Origin: a bacterium
GTDB lineage: Bacteria > Desulfobacterota > Binatia > UBA1149 > CAITLU01
NCBI GenBank assembly: GCA_003354045.1
Contig: PIVZ01000001.1
Location: forward strand, 1-43,644
Length of the DNA: 43,644 nt
Direction of reading: 5' to 3'
The translations under genes and the position numbers were made by a program. Under the pieces are notes generated by a model that was given only the letters and a program-made list of their open reading frames with translations, was not told the origin of the DNA and did no database searches. Shown here piece by piece: positions 1 to 8,471 of this stretch; the stretch's first letter is position 1; each line of letters opens with the position of its first letter.

Positions 1-746
1 TGCTGATCGACGACGTGCAGTTCCTGGCCGGAAAGAAGCGCACGCAGCAAGAGTTGTTCCACGTATTCAACCTTCTTCATGAGGCCGGCAAGCCCATCAC
101 GTTGGCCAGCGACCGTCGTCCCGACGAGCTCGAGAACCTCGAGAACGGGCTGCGGAGCCGCTTCGCCGGCGGTTTGTTGGCCGACCTGGCACCCTTGGAC
201 CGGGATCTGCGTCTGCGCATTCTCAAGTCGAGGCTCAAGGAGGCCGGGGTAGACCTCGAAGATCACATCGTCGAGCGCCTGGCCATCCAGCTTCAGGGAA
301 GCGTACGAGAGCTCGAAGGTCTGGTGGCGAGGCTCAAGGCGGCGAGCACCCATCAGACAGTGCCGCTTGATGACGGAGTCGTGGAAACGATGATCACGCC
401 GTATGTAGGGCGGCGTGGGCCGGTCAACCTCGATGTCGTCATCGATACGGTTGCCTGGGTACACGGGCTCAGCCGCGATGAGCTTCTCTCTCGAGATCGT
501 TCGCGGCGGGTGGCCTGGCCGCGTCACATAGCGGCATACATGTGTCGCAAGCTCACCTCGGCATCGCTGCCGGAGATCGGCCATGCCCTCGGCGGGCGAA
601 ACCATACCTCGATTTTGAGAGCGGTGCGGTCGGTGGCCGACCGGCAGGCCGGCGATGCGAACTTCTCGGCTCGTCTCCAACAGATGGAGAAGATGCTGGG
701 GGTCCCGCCAACCCTCGGACGCCGCGGTGCGCCACATCAGGCCTAG
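1..746 (+). CDS. dnaA: Chromosomal replication initiator DnaA, C-terminal part (5' end upstream of window; codon phase starts at nt 3)
   Basis: Translation from nt 3 reads LIDDVQFLAGKKRTQQELFHVFN (AAA+ Walker B/sensor region). Near the end it reads GGRNHTSILRAVRSV (domain IV DNA-binding helix). Stop at 744-746. Confidence 0.9.
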   Translation, partial: LIDDVQFLAGKKRTQQELFHVFNLLHEAGKPITLASDRRPDELENLENGLRSRFAGGLLADLAPLDRDLRLRILKSRLKEAGVDLEDHIVERLAIQLQGSVRELEGLVARLKAASTHQTVPLDDGVVETMITPYVGRRGPVNLDVVIDTVAWVHGLSRDELLSRDRSRRVAWPRHIAAYMCRKLTSASLPEIGHALGGRNHTSILRAVRSVADRQAGDANFSARLQQMEKMLGVPPTLGRRGAPHQA

Positions 747-843
747 AAGGCGGACCTCTAGCCGGGGTTGACGGCGGCCAACGAGGCCTCTGGGAGCCGA
801 CGCGGCTCGCAACGAGGCGTAAGCTCTGCTAGCTAAGGTCGGC

Positions 844-1389
844 ATGGCGCCCGAATTGGCAGCTCTAATAGCGCAGGCGCGACGTCTCGAGTCGTTGGCC
901 ATGTCCGTCTACACGAAGTTCGCGAAGGCCTTCGAGGCAGAGCCGGAGTTGCGGGCATTCTGGATGTCGATGGCCCGGCACGAGGCCGGCCACGTGGGCG
1001 CACTCACTCTCATAGAGACCCTGCTGCTGGAAGGCGACGAAGACGTCGAGTTGCGTGAGGCCGAGGCTCTGGCGTCGGCTGCACAGCGCGCCATCGAAAG
1101 CTTGCATGAGGAGGCAACGGCGGGTGTCTCGCGAGAACGAGCCTTCGAGGTAGCTCTCGAGCTCGAGAGCTCCGAGCTAGAGGACCTGGTCCTCGATCTC
1201 ACCCATGTCCTTTCGGATCCCGACGCCCGCATGCAGGCCGAACAGATGCTTCTTCACGACCTCGGTGATCTATCATTGATGATAGAGAAGCACTGCAAGA
1301 ACGACGAGTTGCTGGCAAGGGCTGACGCCATGGTTGAGTCTCGAGTCGGGCGCGAGGACCGTGCCCCCGTGATCGTCAGAAAGAACTGA
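844..1389 (+). CDS. Ferritin-like / rubrerythrin-like helical protein (family tentative)
   Basis: 181-aa ORF, helical and E-rich, with MARHEAGH (ExxH di-iron-type motif). No stronger recognisable signature. Confidence 0.55.
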   Translation: MAPELAALIAQARRLESLAMSVYTKFAKAFEAEPELRAFWMSMARHEAGHVGALTLIETLLLEGDEDVELREAEALASAAQRAIESLHEEATAGVSRERAFEVALELESSELEDLVLDLTHVLSDPDARMQAEQMLLHDLGDLSLMIEKHCKNDELLARADAMVESRVGREDRAPVIVRKN

Positions 1390-1396
1390 CGCCAAT

Positions 1397-2446
1397 GTGC
1401 GAGGCCCGGCCTGCGGCGGTCCCGTGTCGATGCCACGAGTATCCGTAATCATCCTGAACTGGGACGGCCTTGCACTTCTAAGGGACTGCTTGAAGTCTGT
1501 GCGTGCACAGGACTTCGACGACTTCGAAACCATCGTTGTAGACAACGGTTCTCGCGACGGCAGTCCGGAGATGGTGCGGGAAGAGTTCCCCGAGGTGACC
1601 CTGCTGGAGGAGGCCACCAATCGCGGGTACTCGCGCGGCAACAACATCGGACTCGATGCGGCCAGCGGCGAGCTCACAGTGCTCCTCAACAACGATGCCG
1701 AGCTTGCTCCCGATTTTCTCGGCCGAGTGGTGGCTGCAGCCGATCTCGACCCGGACTTCGGAATGTTCGCGACCCGGATTCTCATGTTCGACCGCCGGGA
1801 GGTCTTCGACTCCACCGGCCTGTTGATCTATCCCGACGGCATCTGCCGCTCGCGCGGCTGGCTCGAAAAGGACGTCGGTCAGTACGACCAGCCCGACGAG
1901 GTCCTCGCTCCGAACGGTTGCGCCGCCGCCTACCGGCGCGCCATGTTGGAGGATGTCGGCAACTTTGACGAGAACTACTTCGCCTACCTCGAAGACCTCG
2001 ACCTGGCATTCCGCGGTCAACTCAGGGGTTGGAAGTGCCGCTACGTGCCGGACGCGGTGGTTTACCATAAGAAATCGATGACGAGCGGCTATCACTCAGC
2101 CTTCAAGGCCTATCACGTGGAGCGAAACCGCATCTGGAACGCCATCAAACTATTGCCCTTGCGGTTGCTGCTCCTGAGCCCCCTGTACACTTTCGCCCGC
2201 TACTCGGCCCAAGCATTCGCTACCGCCTCGGGCCGCGGCGTTTCCAGCAAGTTCGCTCGTGACTACTCGCGAAGCGAGCTGCTCGTCATTCTGGTGAAAG
2301 CCTACGCGTCTGCTCTCAGACGCCTGCCCGAGGTCTGGCATCAGCGCAAGGAGATCCAGGGGCGGCGCCGTATGGGAGCGCTCGCCGTTTATCTCCTCAT
2401 GCGCCGCTACCGGCTGCCGCTCGGCGAGCTCGCATTCAAGGACTGA
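1397..2446 (+). CDS. Family 2 glycosyltransferase (GT-A fold)
   Basis: VSVIILNWDG, VVDNGSRDGS, NRGYSRGNN and LLNNDAEL are typical GT2 motifs. GTG start at 1397; an in-frame ATG at 1430 is an alternative start. Confidence 0.85.
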   Translation: MRGPACGGPVSMPRVSVIILNWDGLALLRDCLKSVRAQDFDDFETIVVDNGSRDGSPEMVREEFPEVTLLEEATNRGYSRGNNIGLDAASGELTVLLNNDAELAPDFLGRVVAAADLDPDFGMFATRILMFDRREVFDSTGLLIYPDGICRSRGWLEKDVGQYDQPDEVLAPNGCAAAYRRAMLEDVGNFDENYFAYLEDLDLAFRGQLRGWKCRYVPDAVVYHKKSMTSGYHSAFKAYHVERNRIWNAIKLLPLRLLLLSPLYTFARYSAQAFATASGRGVSSKFARDYSRSELLVILVKAYASALRRLPEVWHQRKEIQGRRRMGALAVYLLMRRYRLPLGELAFKD

Positions 2447-2622
2447 AACTGGGCTCCGGTCACCATTCAGGGCGCTAATGGACGTTGCTTTGTAAACGCA
2501 GCCGGACGCGACCGGAACCACCTTCGCCGGAACTCTCGGCAGGCTGTCGGTCGAGACCGTGCCTTGTCGTCGCCGCGACGAGCGTGTAAACGAAACGACA
2601 TCCGTCCGTAAGGGAGTACGTC

Positions 2623-4038
2623 ATGGAGGCTTTCACATCCGCTTTGGATCTGGCCGCAGCGATCAAGCGCAAAGAGATCAGTCCGCTCGAGGTTGTCGAT
2701 TTTTATCTGAACCGTATCGACAGGCTCAATCCCGAGCTCAATGCCATCATCTGGCGCCGCGACGAAGAGCTCCGCCGTGAGGCCGAGGCCGCCACCGATG
2801 CGGTCATGGCCGGAGGGGAGCTCGCACCGTTTCATGGAGTTCCGATACCGGTCAAGGACCTTACCGACGTGACGGATTGGCCGACGACCTATGGGTGCAA
2901 GGCGACGCTGTCTCGTGTCGCCTCGACGACCGCCGCGGTGGTAGAGGGCTTCAAGAGCGGCGGATTCCTGCTCATGTGTCGGACCAACACGCCCGAGTTC
3001 GGTACCGTCTGTGTTACCGAGAACGACGCCTACGGCGCGACCCGCAACCCGTGGGACACCGGCCGCACGCCGGGTGGATCGAGCGGAGGCGCGGCATCGG
3101 CCGTGGCCGCGGGCCTGGCCCCTGTGGCTCACGCCAACGATGGTGGCGGCTCGATTCGCATTCCCGCGGCATGCACCGGATTGGTCGGGCTCAAACCGAG
3201 CCGCGGACGTGTCTCCATGGGGCCTTTGGTCTCCGACGTCATGCACGGTGGCGCGGTGGAAGGGTGCGTTTCGCATACGGTGGCCGACACGGCGGCCGTC
3301 CTGGATGCCATCAGCGCAGTGGACCCGCACGCCTGGTACAACGCCCCTGCGCCCGAGCGACCGTTCCTGGAGGAAGTGGGCGCAGCGCCGGGGAAGCTTC
3401 GCATCGCGTTCACTACCGAGGCCCCTACCGGCGTGCCGGTAGACCCCGAGTGCGTAACCGCAGTCGAAAAGACAGCCTCTTTGCTCGAAGAGCTCGGCCA
3501 CGACGTCTTCGAGGGAACGCCTGAGTGGCCTGAGCCTGCCGAGATCATGCCTGCGTTCATGGTGGTCTGGAACACCGGCTCGGCCTACTGGGACGTCGAG
3601 GAGTGGGACAAGATCGAGCCCTTGAATGCCGCCCTGCGCGAGCAGGCTCTGGCCATGGACAGCATCAGCTATGTACGGGGAGTGCTGGGGCTGCAGATCG
3701 TTTCACGGCTTATCGTCGCCTCGTGGGGACGCGACTTCGACATCCTGCTCACGCCGACCTGCGCGACTCTGCCACCCGAGATCGGCTGGCTTTGGGAGGG
3801 AAGCGAACAGGATCCGACCGCGTCGCTCGCCAAGGCATCGACGATGGCGCCGTTTACCCCGTTGTTCAACATCACGGGGCAACCAGCGATCTCTCTGCCG
3901 ATGCACTGGAGTGAATCGGGGCTGCCCACTGGCGTGCAGCTCGTCGGCGCCCCCTGGGACGAGGCCGGACTCATCCGCGTCTCTGCCCAGCTCGAGGAAG
4001 CCGCCAACTGGACCGAACGGAAACCACCGCTGGGGTAG
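2623..4038 (+). CDS. Amidase-signature family amidase (GatA-like)
   Basis: [14 protein letters not shown] and [27 protein letters not shown] match the amidase signature. 471 aa. AAGGGAG RBS upstream. Confidence 0.9.
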   Translation: MEAFTSALDLAAAIKRKEISPLEVVDFYLNRIDRLNPELNAIIWRRDEELRREAEAATDAVMAGGELAPFHGVPIPVKDLTDVTDWPTTYGCKATLSRVASTTAAVVEGFKSGGFLLMCRTNTPEFGTVCVTENDAYGATRNPWDTGRTPGGSSGGAASAVAAGLAPVAHANDGGGSIRIPAACTGLVGLKPSRGRVSMGPLVSDVMHGGAVEGCVSHTVADTAAVLDAISAVDPHAWYNAPAPERPFLEEVGAAPGKLRIAFTTEAPTGVPVDPECVTAVEKTASLLEELGHDVFEGTPEWPEPAEIMPAFMVVWNTGSAYWDVEEWDKIEPLNAALREQALAMDSISYVRGVLGLQIVSRLIVASWGRDFDILLTPTCATLPPEIGWLWEGSEQDPTASLAKASTMAPFTPLFNITGQPAISLPMHWSESGLPTGVQLVGAPWDEAGLIRVSAQLEEAANWTERKPPLG

Positions 4039-4101
4039 GGTGGCGACCAGGTTGCCCGGCCGGCCGGCTTTGGCTACTAATCAGCCGTAGCGCCTACGTA
4101 C

Positions 4102-4178
4102 GCCCCCGTAGCTCAGGTGGATAGAGCGCAGGATTCCTAATCCTGGTGTCGCATGTTCGAGTCATGCCGGGGGCGCCA
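4102..4178 (+). tRNA. tRNA-Arg (anticodon CCT), CCA encoded
   Basis: Hand-folded cloverleaf. Acceptor GCCCCCG/CGGGGGC, D stem GCTC/GAGC, anticodon stem CAGGA/TCCTG with loop TTCCTAA, T stem GCATG/CATGC with loop TTCGAGT, discriminator G plus CCA. 77 nt. Confidence 0.9.
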
Positions 4179-4759
4179 GCATCCAGAAAAAGCGCGGTAG
4201 CGCTCGCGATCCGCTGCGGTCGCTTCATGTCCGCGCTGCCACCCACGTAAACCGTCTTTCGTCCGGGGTCCGCCCCTGCGAGGGAGCGGTCTCGTGGCCG
4301 CCGACGGGGCCTTTGACCGGAGGGCACAACCCCGGTGAGGGGGCCGCTCGGCGGCTGCGAGAAAACTTTCTGACGCTCTGCGCTAGTGTGAAGTGCGTCA
4401 CGCACCCCTGCGGGGGTTCGCGTAGACTTTCGCTTTCTCCCTTTCATCCCATCTTTCTGTGCCTGCTGCTGGCTGTGTTGAGGGCATGCGGCGAGGTTGA
4501 ACCAGCGCTGGCACAGTATCGGACCCCGTCCCAACTCTCTCCTCCAGGGGCGGGGTCCGTTCGTCTTGATCGTCCACCCACGGCGGCGGGGCAACACCAC
4601 CCCGTAACCATCTCGACGGACGGGGACAACACCTCCTCTCCGCCGTGGGTGGATTCACAATGCGCCCCGCGGGGCTGTCATCAAGCCCTCCTCCCCGCTA
4701 ATCCGCGGCTCCCTCGTGCGGGGAGGGGAGCCGCTACCCACACATAGGAGAAACGAGAC
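4179..4759 (+). other. ORF-free, GC-rich, hairpin-dense region (candidate structured RNA, leader or attL arm)
   Basis: Only P/R/G-rich artefact ORFs are present. Several long helices can be drawn by hand (see findings). A pyrimidine tract spans 4427-4470. Confidence 0.35.
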
Positions 4760-5302
4760 GTGAAGACGGAAGTGAAGAACGACGTACTGACGCTACACCA
4801 TGCGTGTTCGAAGGACCCGACCCGCTCCAATCTCCAGGCTGTTCACGTACGGCCCGATGGCTGGGCTGAGGCGACGGATGGGTCCGCTCTTGCCCTGATT
4901 CCCACGGAGCCGTGCGATGAATCCGTGCTGATCCCGTCAGACATCGCGAAGGCGGGCACAAAGCTCGGCGGCCGTGACTTCGCCCACCAGTTGGTGGAGG
5001 TGGTGAATGGGGAGGGAACCGTCGAACTGAGGCGCGGCGGTAGGAGTGTCGGTGCGCCTATTCCTGCCGAGCAGAAGTATCCCGCCACCGACGAGATTAC
5101 GGGTCCCGTGAAGGAACGGAAGCCCCACTTCGAGATCGCGCTCGATGCGGCGAAGCTCCTACGGCTCGCGCGTGCGCTGGGCATGGGTGGCAAGGTAGCA
5201 ATCGTCAAACTGTCTCTCGGCGACGACGAGACAGAGCCCATCTTGGTGTCAGTCAACCGACCCGACGACGGCTACGGCGTGCTCATGCCCTGCAGGTTCT
5301 AG
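4760..5302 (+). CDS. DnaN (beta sliding clamp)-like protein, half-size
   Basis: GTG start 9 nt after AGGAG. The motifs ATDGSALALIP (cf. clamp ATDGHRLA), KYPATDE (cf. FPDY) and C-terminal GYGVLMPCRF (cf. YVVMPMRL) occur in clamp order, but the protein is only 180 aa. Confidence 0.6.
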   Translation: MKTEVKNDVLTLHHACSKDPTRSNLQAVHVRPDGWAEATDGSALALIPTEPCDESVLIPSDIAKAGTKLGGRDFAHQLVEVVNGEGTVELRRGGRSVGAPIPAEQKYPATDEITGPVKERKPHFEIALDAAKLLRLARALGMGGKVAIVKLSLGDDETEPILVSVNRPDDGYGVLMPCRF

Positions 5303-5308
5303 CTGCGC

Positions 5309-5449
5309 ATGACCTGCTCCGACTTCATCGAGGCTGGGGACAGCCTGACCTACGTAGCTGGTAACGCCCTGCTCTACGGGTTTGTGTTCTGCGTCTCAAT
5401 TCCTTTCGTGGCAGCGCTGGTGGTTGCTGAGATCTGGTTCATCCCGTGA
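5309..5449 (+). CDS. Small hydrophobic protein (46 aa), hypothetical
   Basis: The ORF is below the track cutoff: MTCSDFIEAGDSLTYVAGNALLYGFVFCVSIPFVAALVVAEIWFIP. Its stop overlaps the next start (GTGA). One predicted TM helix. Confidence 0.35.
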   Translation: MTCSDFIEAGDSLTYVAGNALLYGFVFCVSIPFVAALVVAEIWFIP

Positions 5450-5700
5450 CGGCCGAGCTCCAAATAGGCGAGTGGCCGGTGACGCGCGAAGTGAGCGAGG
5501 AAGGCGTCGTCTACACGGTCGAGACCGGTGGCCCCATCCGCCGTCATCTGCCTCGCTACGTGGTTGTGCCGGGGCAGGTGCTGAACACGGGTGAGTGGCC
5601 GTCGATTATGTCTGGTGAGCCGCACGAGCAGAAGGGTGCGATCCACGCGCAAGCGCTGGAGGAGTGCCGTGCACTGGCAAGAGGTGAGGAGGTCAGATGA
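5446..5700 (+). CDS. Hypothetical phage early protein
   Basis: 84-aa ORF in the coupled gene chain. Its stop overlaps the next start (ATGA). Confidence 0.55.
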   Translation: MTAELQIGEWPVTREVSEEGVVYTVETGGPIRRHLPRYVVVPGQVLNTGEWPSIMSGEPHEQKGAIHAQALEECRALARGEEVR

Positions 5701-6107
5701 GCGGGAGCACCTATGCTGGTAGGCCGAGCCTTGGGCCGCTCTTCGATGACCAACTCCCATCGCGTTCGAAGTTCACCGACCCGTCTACCTCGAGGGAAGC
5801 AGAGGACCAGATGCGGAAGACGGGGAGGCTGCCCGCCCAGGCCGAGGAAGTCCTGCTGATGCTGCAGTCTTGGTGGCAGTGCTACGGAGAGGCCGTGACG
5901 AGCGCGGAGCTTGCCAAGGAGTTTGCCGCTGACCGCTACATGATCGCCCGCCGATTACCCGACCTCAAGCAGGTGGAGCCGAATCTAGTCAAGCAGTGTG
6001 AGCGGCGCCAGTGCCGCGTTGGAAAGGCGCCGGCGATCACCTGGCAGCCCACGGACATGGGGGAGATCGCGGCCGCGCAGTTGAGAATGAAACAGAGGAG
6101 AAACTGA
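5697..6107 (+). CDS. Hypothetical protein with probable winged-helix domain
   Basis: 136 aa. The segment VTSAELAKEFAADRYMIARRLPDLKQ looks like an HTH. Translationally coupled on both sides. Confidence 0.55.
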   Translation: MSGSTYAGRPSLGPLFDDQLPSRSKFTDPSTSREAEDQMRKTGRLPAQAEEVLLMLQSWWQCYGEAVTSAELAKEFAADRYMIARRLPDLKQVEPNLVKQCERRQCRVGKAPAITWQPTDMGEIAAAQLRMKQRRN

Positions 6108-6562
6108 TGGCGAGAAGACAGTACGACGACCCATGGGACGACCGGACTAGCGTGGAGGACTACCTCTCTCGCTTCCGTGCGGTCGATCCTGATCACCAGT
6201 GCCTCGTTGAGCTCTACGTCGCGGTGATAGGGGACGCGTGGAGGAAACTCACCTCCGGCAGTGAGCGGGCGAGAGAGGAGGCTCTTCGCTACTTCACGAC
6301 GCGTCCTTTCCGCGGCCGTCCTAACGAGCAAGCCCCCGTGACCGGCTGGGACTTCGAGACTCTCATGGAGAATATCGAGGTGCTCACGCAGAATCCGATG
6401 CCCATCCGCCGAATCCGGGCGGCTGCGGAGTTGAACTACCACGGTTTCATGGCCGGCGCGCCGCGCCCAAAGCGTAGGAACACACACCCGCGCGGGCTGC
6501 GGACCAGGGTGGTTGCGCCTGGACCACCTCGAAAGCGCAGGGGAAGGCCAACAGCAGCCTGA
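6107..6562 (+). CDS. Hypothetical phage early protein (basic C-terminus)
   Basis: ATG at 6107 follows a GAGGAG RBS and overlaps the previous stop (TGATG). The track ORF 6011-6562 has an unlikely N-terminal extension. Confidence 0.6.
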   Translation: MARRQYDDPWDDRTSVEDYLSRFRAVDPDHQCLVELYVAVIGDAWRKLTSGSERAREEALRYFTTRPFRGRPNEQAPVTGWDFETLMENIEVLTQNPMPIRRIRAAAELNYHGFMAGAPRPKRRNTHPRGLRTRVVAPGPPRKRRGRPTAA

Positions 6563-6581
6563 GGGACGCTCAGGGGGTGAT

Positions 6582-7370
6582 GTGGTGGCGGAGAAGGAAT
6601 CAGTAGACGCGGCAGCGGTGGTTGAGCAGTTCGATCGGCCGATCGCATTCCATCCAGCCTTCAAGCGGCTCACGGGCAGCACGAACGCGGCCGTGATGCT
6701 CGGACAGGCTCTCTATTGGCACAAGCGTTGCCCAGAGGGTCGAGACGGTTGGTGGTGGAAGACCCGGGAACAGTGGGAGGAAGAGACGGGATTGACCCGA
6801 GCGGAGCAGGAGAACGCAAGGAAGCGTCTCAAGAAGCTCGGGCTACTCGAAGAGGAGCGCCGCGGGGCTCCAGCCAAGCTCTGGTATCGGCTCGACACTG
6901 AGGAGCTCACATCCCAGTTGGCGACAAACGCGCCATCTAGATTGCGGGAAACGCACCAAGTGGAAGACGCGCCATCTAGAAGGCGACAAACGCGCCAACA
7001 CAGTCGGCGGGAAACCAGCCAACAAGATGGCGGCAAACGCGCCAACACTTCTAAGATTACTTCTGAGACTCCCTCCCTATTTCCACCTGGGACTTCTTCC
7101 AGCCGGGGGAATGGGGGAACCAAGAACAGGGGAAGGCCGCGGCGATCCGGGGACGTCGTTCTGCAGCACGTCGAGAACAGCCTCCACGCATCCCCTGCGA
7201 AGCATGCCGACCTTACTGCCGATGATCCGGTGCTTGCGTACGTGGTGGACGACTGGGGTGGCTGGCCGGCGATGGTTGCGGACTTCACCGCCGACAAGCG
7301 CCAGGCGCAGCAAGATTTCGGGCGCCGATTCGGAGAAGGGCTCACAGCAATACGAGGTCGGGCGGCATGA
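6582..7370 (+). CDS. Replication initiator, lambda O-like (N-terminal wHTH, iteron-containing linker)
   Basis: LGQALYWHKRC...WWWKTREQWEEETGLTRAEQENARKRLKKLGLL resembles phage O/DnaD-like initiator N-domains. The frame is open from TTG 6513. GTG 6582/6585 after GGGGG is preferred as the start. Confidence 0.6.
   Translation: MVAEKESVDAAAVVEQFDRPIAFHPAFKRLTGSTNAAVMLGQALYWHKRCPEGRDGWWWKTREQWEEETGLTRAEQENARKRLKKLGLLEEERRGAPAKLWYRLDTEELTSQLATNAPSRLRETHQVEDAPSRRRQTRQHSRRETSQQDGGKRANTSKITSETPSLFPPGTSSSRGNGGTKNRGRPRRSGDVVLQHVENSLHASPAKHADLTADDPVLAYVVDDWGGWPAMVADFTADKRQAQQDFGRRFGEGLTAIRGRAA
6920..7048. repeat. Iteron array (putative phage origin) inside the O-like gene
   Basis: AAACGCGCCA is exact at 6926, 6988 and 7035. 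ACGCGCCATCTAGA occurs twice (6928, 6967). CAAACGCGCCAACAC occurs twice (6987, 7034). Degenerate GCGGGAAAC copies lie at 6944 and 7007. Spacing is about 19-24 bp. Confidence 0.65.
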
Positions 7371-7567
7371 GCAGCGAGCCGGAGTACAGAATTGTGTCGG
7401 TGGAGGTTGAGGCTGTAACGGAGAAGGCGGTCTTCATACGCGAGCAAGGGACCAACAACGCAGACTGGATCCCCCGATCGATGATCGACGGCGGCGACGA
7501 GCTCGTGAAGGACGACAAGTGTGACGTCGAGATCAACGCGTGGATTCTCAAGAAGAAAGGCTGGTGA
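7367..7567 (+). CDS. Hypothetical small phage protein
   Basis: 66-aa ORF. ATGA overlap with the upstream gene. Confidence 0.6.
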   Translation: MSSEPEYRIVSVEVEAVTEKAVFIREQGTNNADWIPRSMIDGGDELVKDDKCDVEINAWILKKKGW

Positions 7568-7944
7568 AGAAGGGCAACCGCAACAAGGCGCTCGGGACGG
7601 CCTTCGAGAACCGAGTGGCGACCGACCTTCAGGAGCGGGGCTTCCCGTTGGTTGTTCGCTCAGCGGGCTCGCACGGCCCTGCTGACGTGCTCGCTGTGGG
7701 CCACGGGGTCACGCTGGCTGTCCAGTGCAAGAGGAACGGTCGGATGGACCCGGCGGAGTGGAACGAATTCTGGGCGATCTGCAGGGACGCCGAGGCGATC
7801 CCGGTGCTGGCTCTCATGCCAGGCCGTCGAGGAATTGCGTACAAGCGGCTGACGGACGTGAAGGCCGGCGGCGGTGAGCAACCGTTCGTCGACTACGATC
7901 CAGGGAGACAGTGGAGTGACAGAGCAAGCAGCCGGAAAGCCTGA
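7564..7944 (+). CDS. PD-(D/E)xK nuclease, archaeal Hjc-type Holliday junction resolvase-like
   Basis: GTAFENRVATDLQERGF...GPADVLAV...LAVQCKRNG fits the Hjc-like nuclease core. GTG 7564 overlaps the previous stop (GTGA). The frame is open from 7540. Confidence 0.55.
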   Translation: MKKGNRNKALGTAFENRVATDLQERGFPLVVRSAGSHGPADVLAVGHGVTLAVQCKRNGRMDPAEWNEFWAICRDAEAIPVLALMPGRRGIAYKRLTDVKAGGGEQPFVDYDPGRQWSDRASSRKA

Positions 7945-8158
7945 CCCTCTGTACCTCGAGCCGATCGGCTCCAAGGAAGGTCAAGGCGAGGTCTACAGGC
8001 GGTATGGGCGGGGGACGTGGTTTTATGCCAGGGACCTGGAGGCATTCGCGCACGGCTGGGCTCACCTGACAGCGACAGGCTGGGAGGAGCTCAACTGCCA
8101 CTGTGCTTGCCGGCTCGAGGGGCAGCTTGAGGCGCAGACGGTGAGGGCGGCTGCCTGA
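7916..8158 (+). CDS. Hypothetical protein
   Basis: ORF open from 7874. GTG 7916 after GGGAGA minimises overlap with the upstream gene. The start is uncertain. Confidence 0.45.
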   Translation: MTEQAAGKPDPLYLEPIGSKEGQGEVYRRYGRGTWFYARDLEAFAHGWAHLTATGWEELNCHCACRLEGQLEAQTVRAAA

Positions 8159-8394
8159 TGGGCTACGCCGTAGAGACAGGCATTCCCCTGAAGCGCGAGA
8201 AGGCGACGAAGTACCCGTGGGCTGCGATGACCGTGGGCTCGAGCTTTTTTGTCCCGTCCGCTCCTCTCTTTAAGACGCAGACGATTGAGCGTCGGGTGAG
8301 TTGGGCCGCGCGAGGCCGGGTGGTCGCGTACCCCGGTGAGAAGTACACCGTCCGGACTGTCGAGGGCGGCGTGCGGGTGTGGAGGACGGCATGA
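8158..8394 (+). CDS. Hypothetical small phage protein
   Basis: 78-aa ORF with start overlapping the previous stop (TGATG). Confidence 0.6.
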   Translation: MGYAVETGIPLKREKATKYPWAAMTVGSSFFVPSAPLFKTQTIERRVSWAARGRVVAYPGEKYTVRTVEGGVRVWRTA

Positions 8395-8471
8395 GAGTGT
8401 GCTGGTCGAGGAACCGCTGGAGAGTGGTGCTCTGGGCTCGATTCATGCGGTGGCTTGAGGAGAGGCGGTAG

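Noticed and set aside
747-843. oriC-type DnaA boxes (TTATCCACA or its complement) downstream of dnaA
   Set aside because: No consensus or near-consensus box was seen in this intergenic region or in 2447-2622.
4497-4515. TTGAACCAGCGCTGGCACAG resembles the moron promoter's TTGACCCAGCGCTCGGCAAGG (28549-28529, minus strand), hinting at a shared operator or promoter
   Set aside because: No acceptable -10 box follows at the right spacing at 4497. The similarity rests mostly on the common palindrome CCAGCGCTGG. Two occurrences are insufficient.
4313-4747. 144-aa + strand ORF (and the 168-aa - strand ORF 4094-4600) in the tRNA-proximal gap
   Set aside because: The translations are P/R/G/S-rich with no recognisable motifs and no RBS. 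One overlaps the tRNA. They are typical high-GC frame artefacts. No integrase motifs were seen in any frame, so I did not call a pseudogene.
8391-8471. 26-aa ORF (MRVCWSRNRWRVVLWARFMRWLEERR) exactly filling the gap between two coupled genes
   Set aside because: The ATGA overlap and exact fit are suggestive. However, the W/R-rich composition looks like a frame artefact, and the ORF is too short to support without conservation data.
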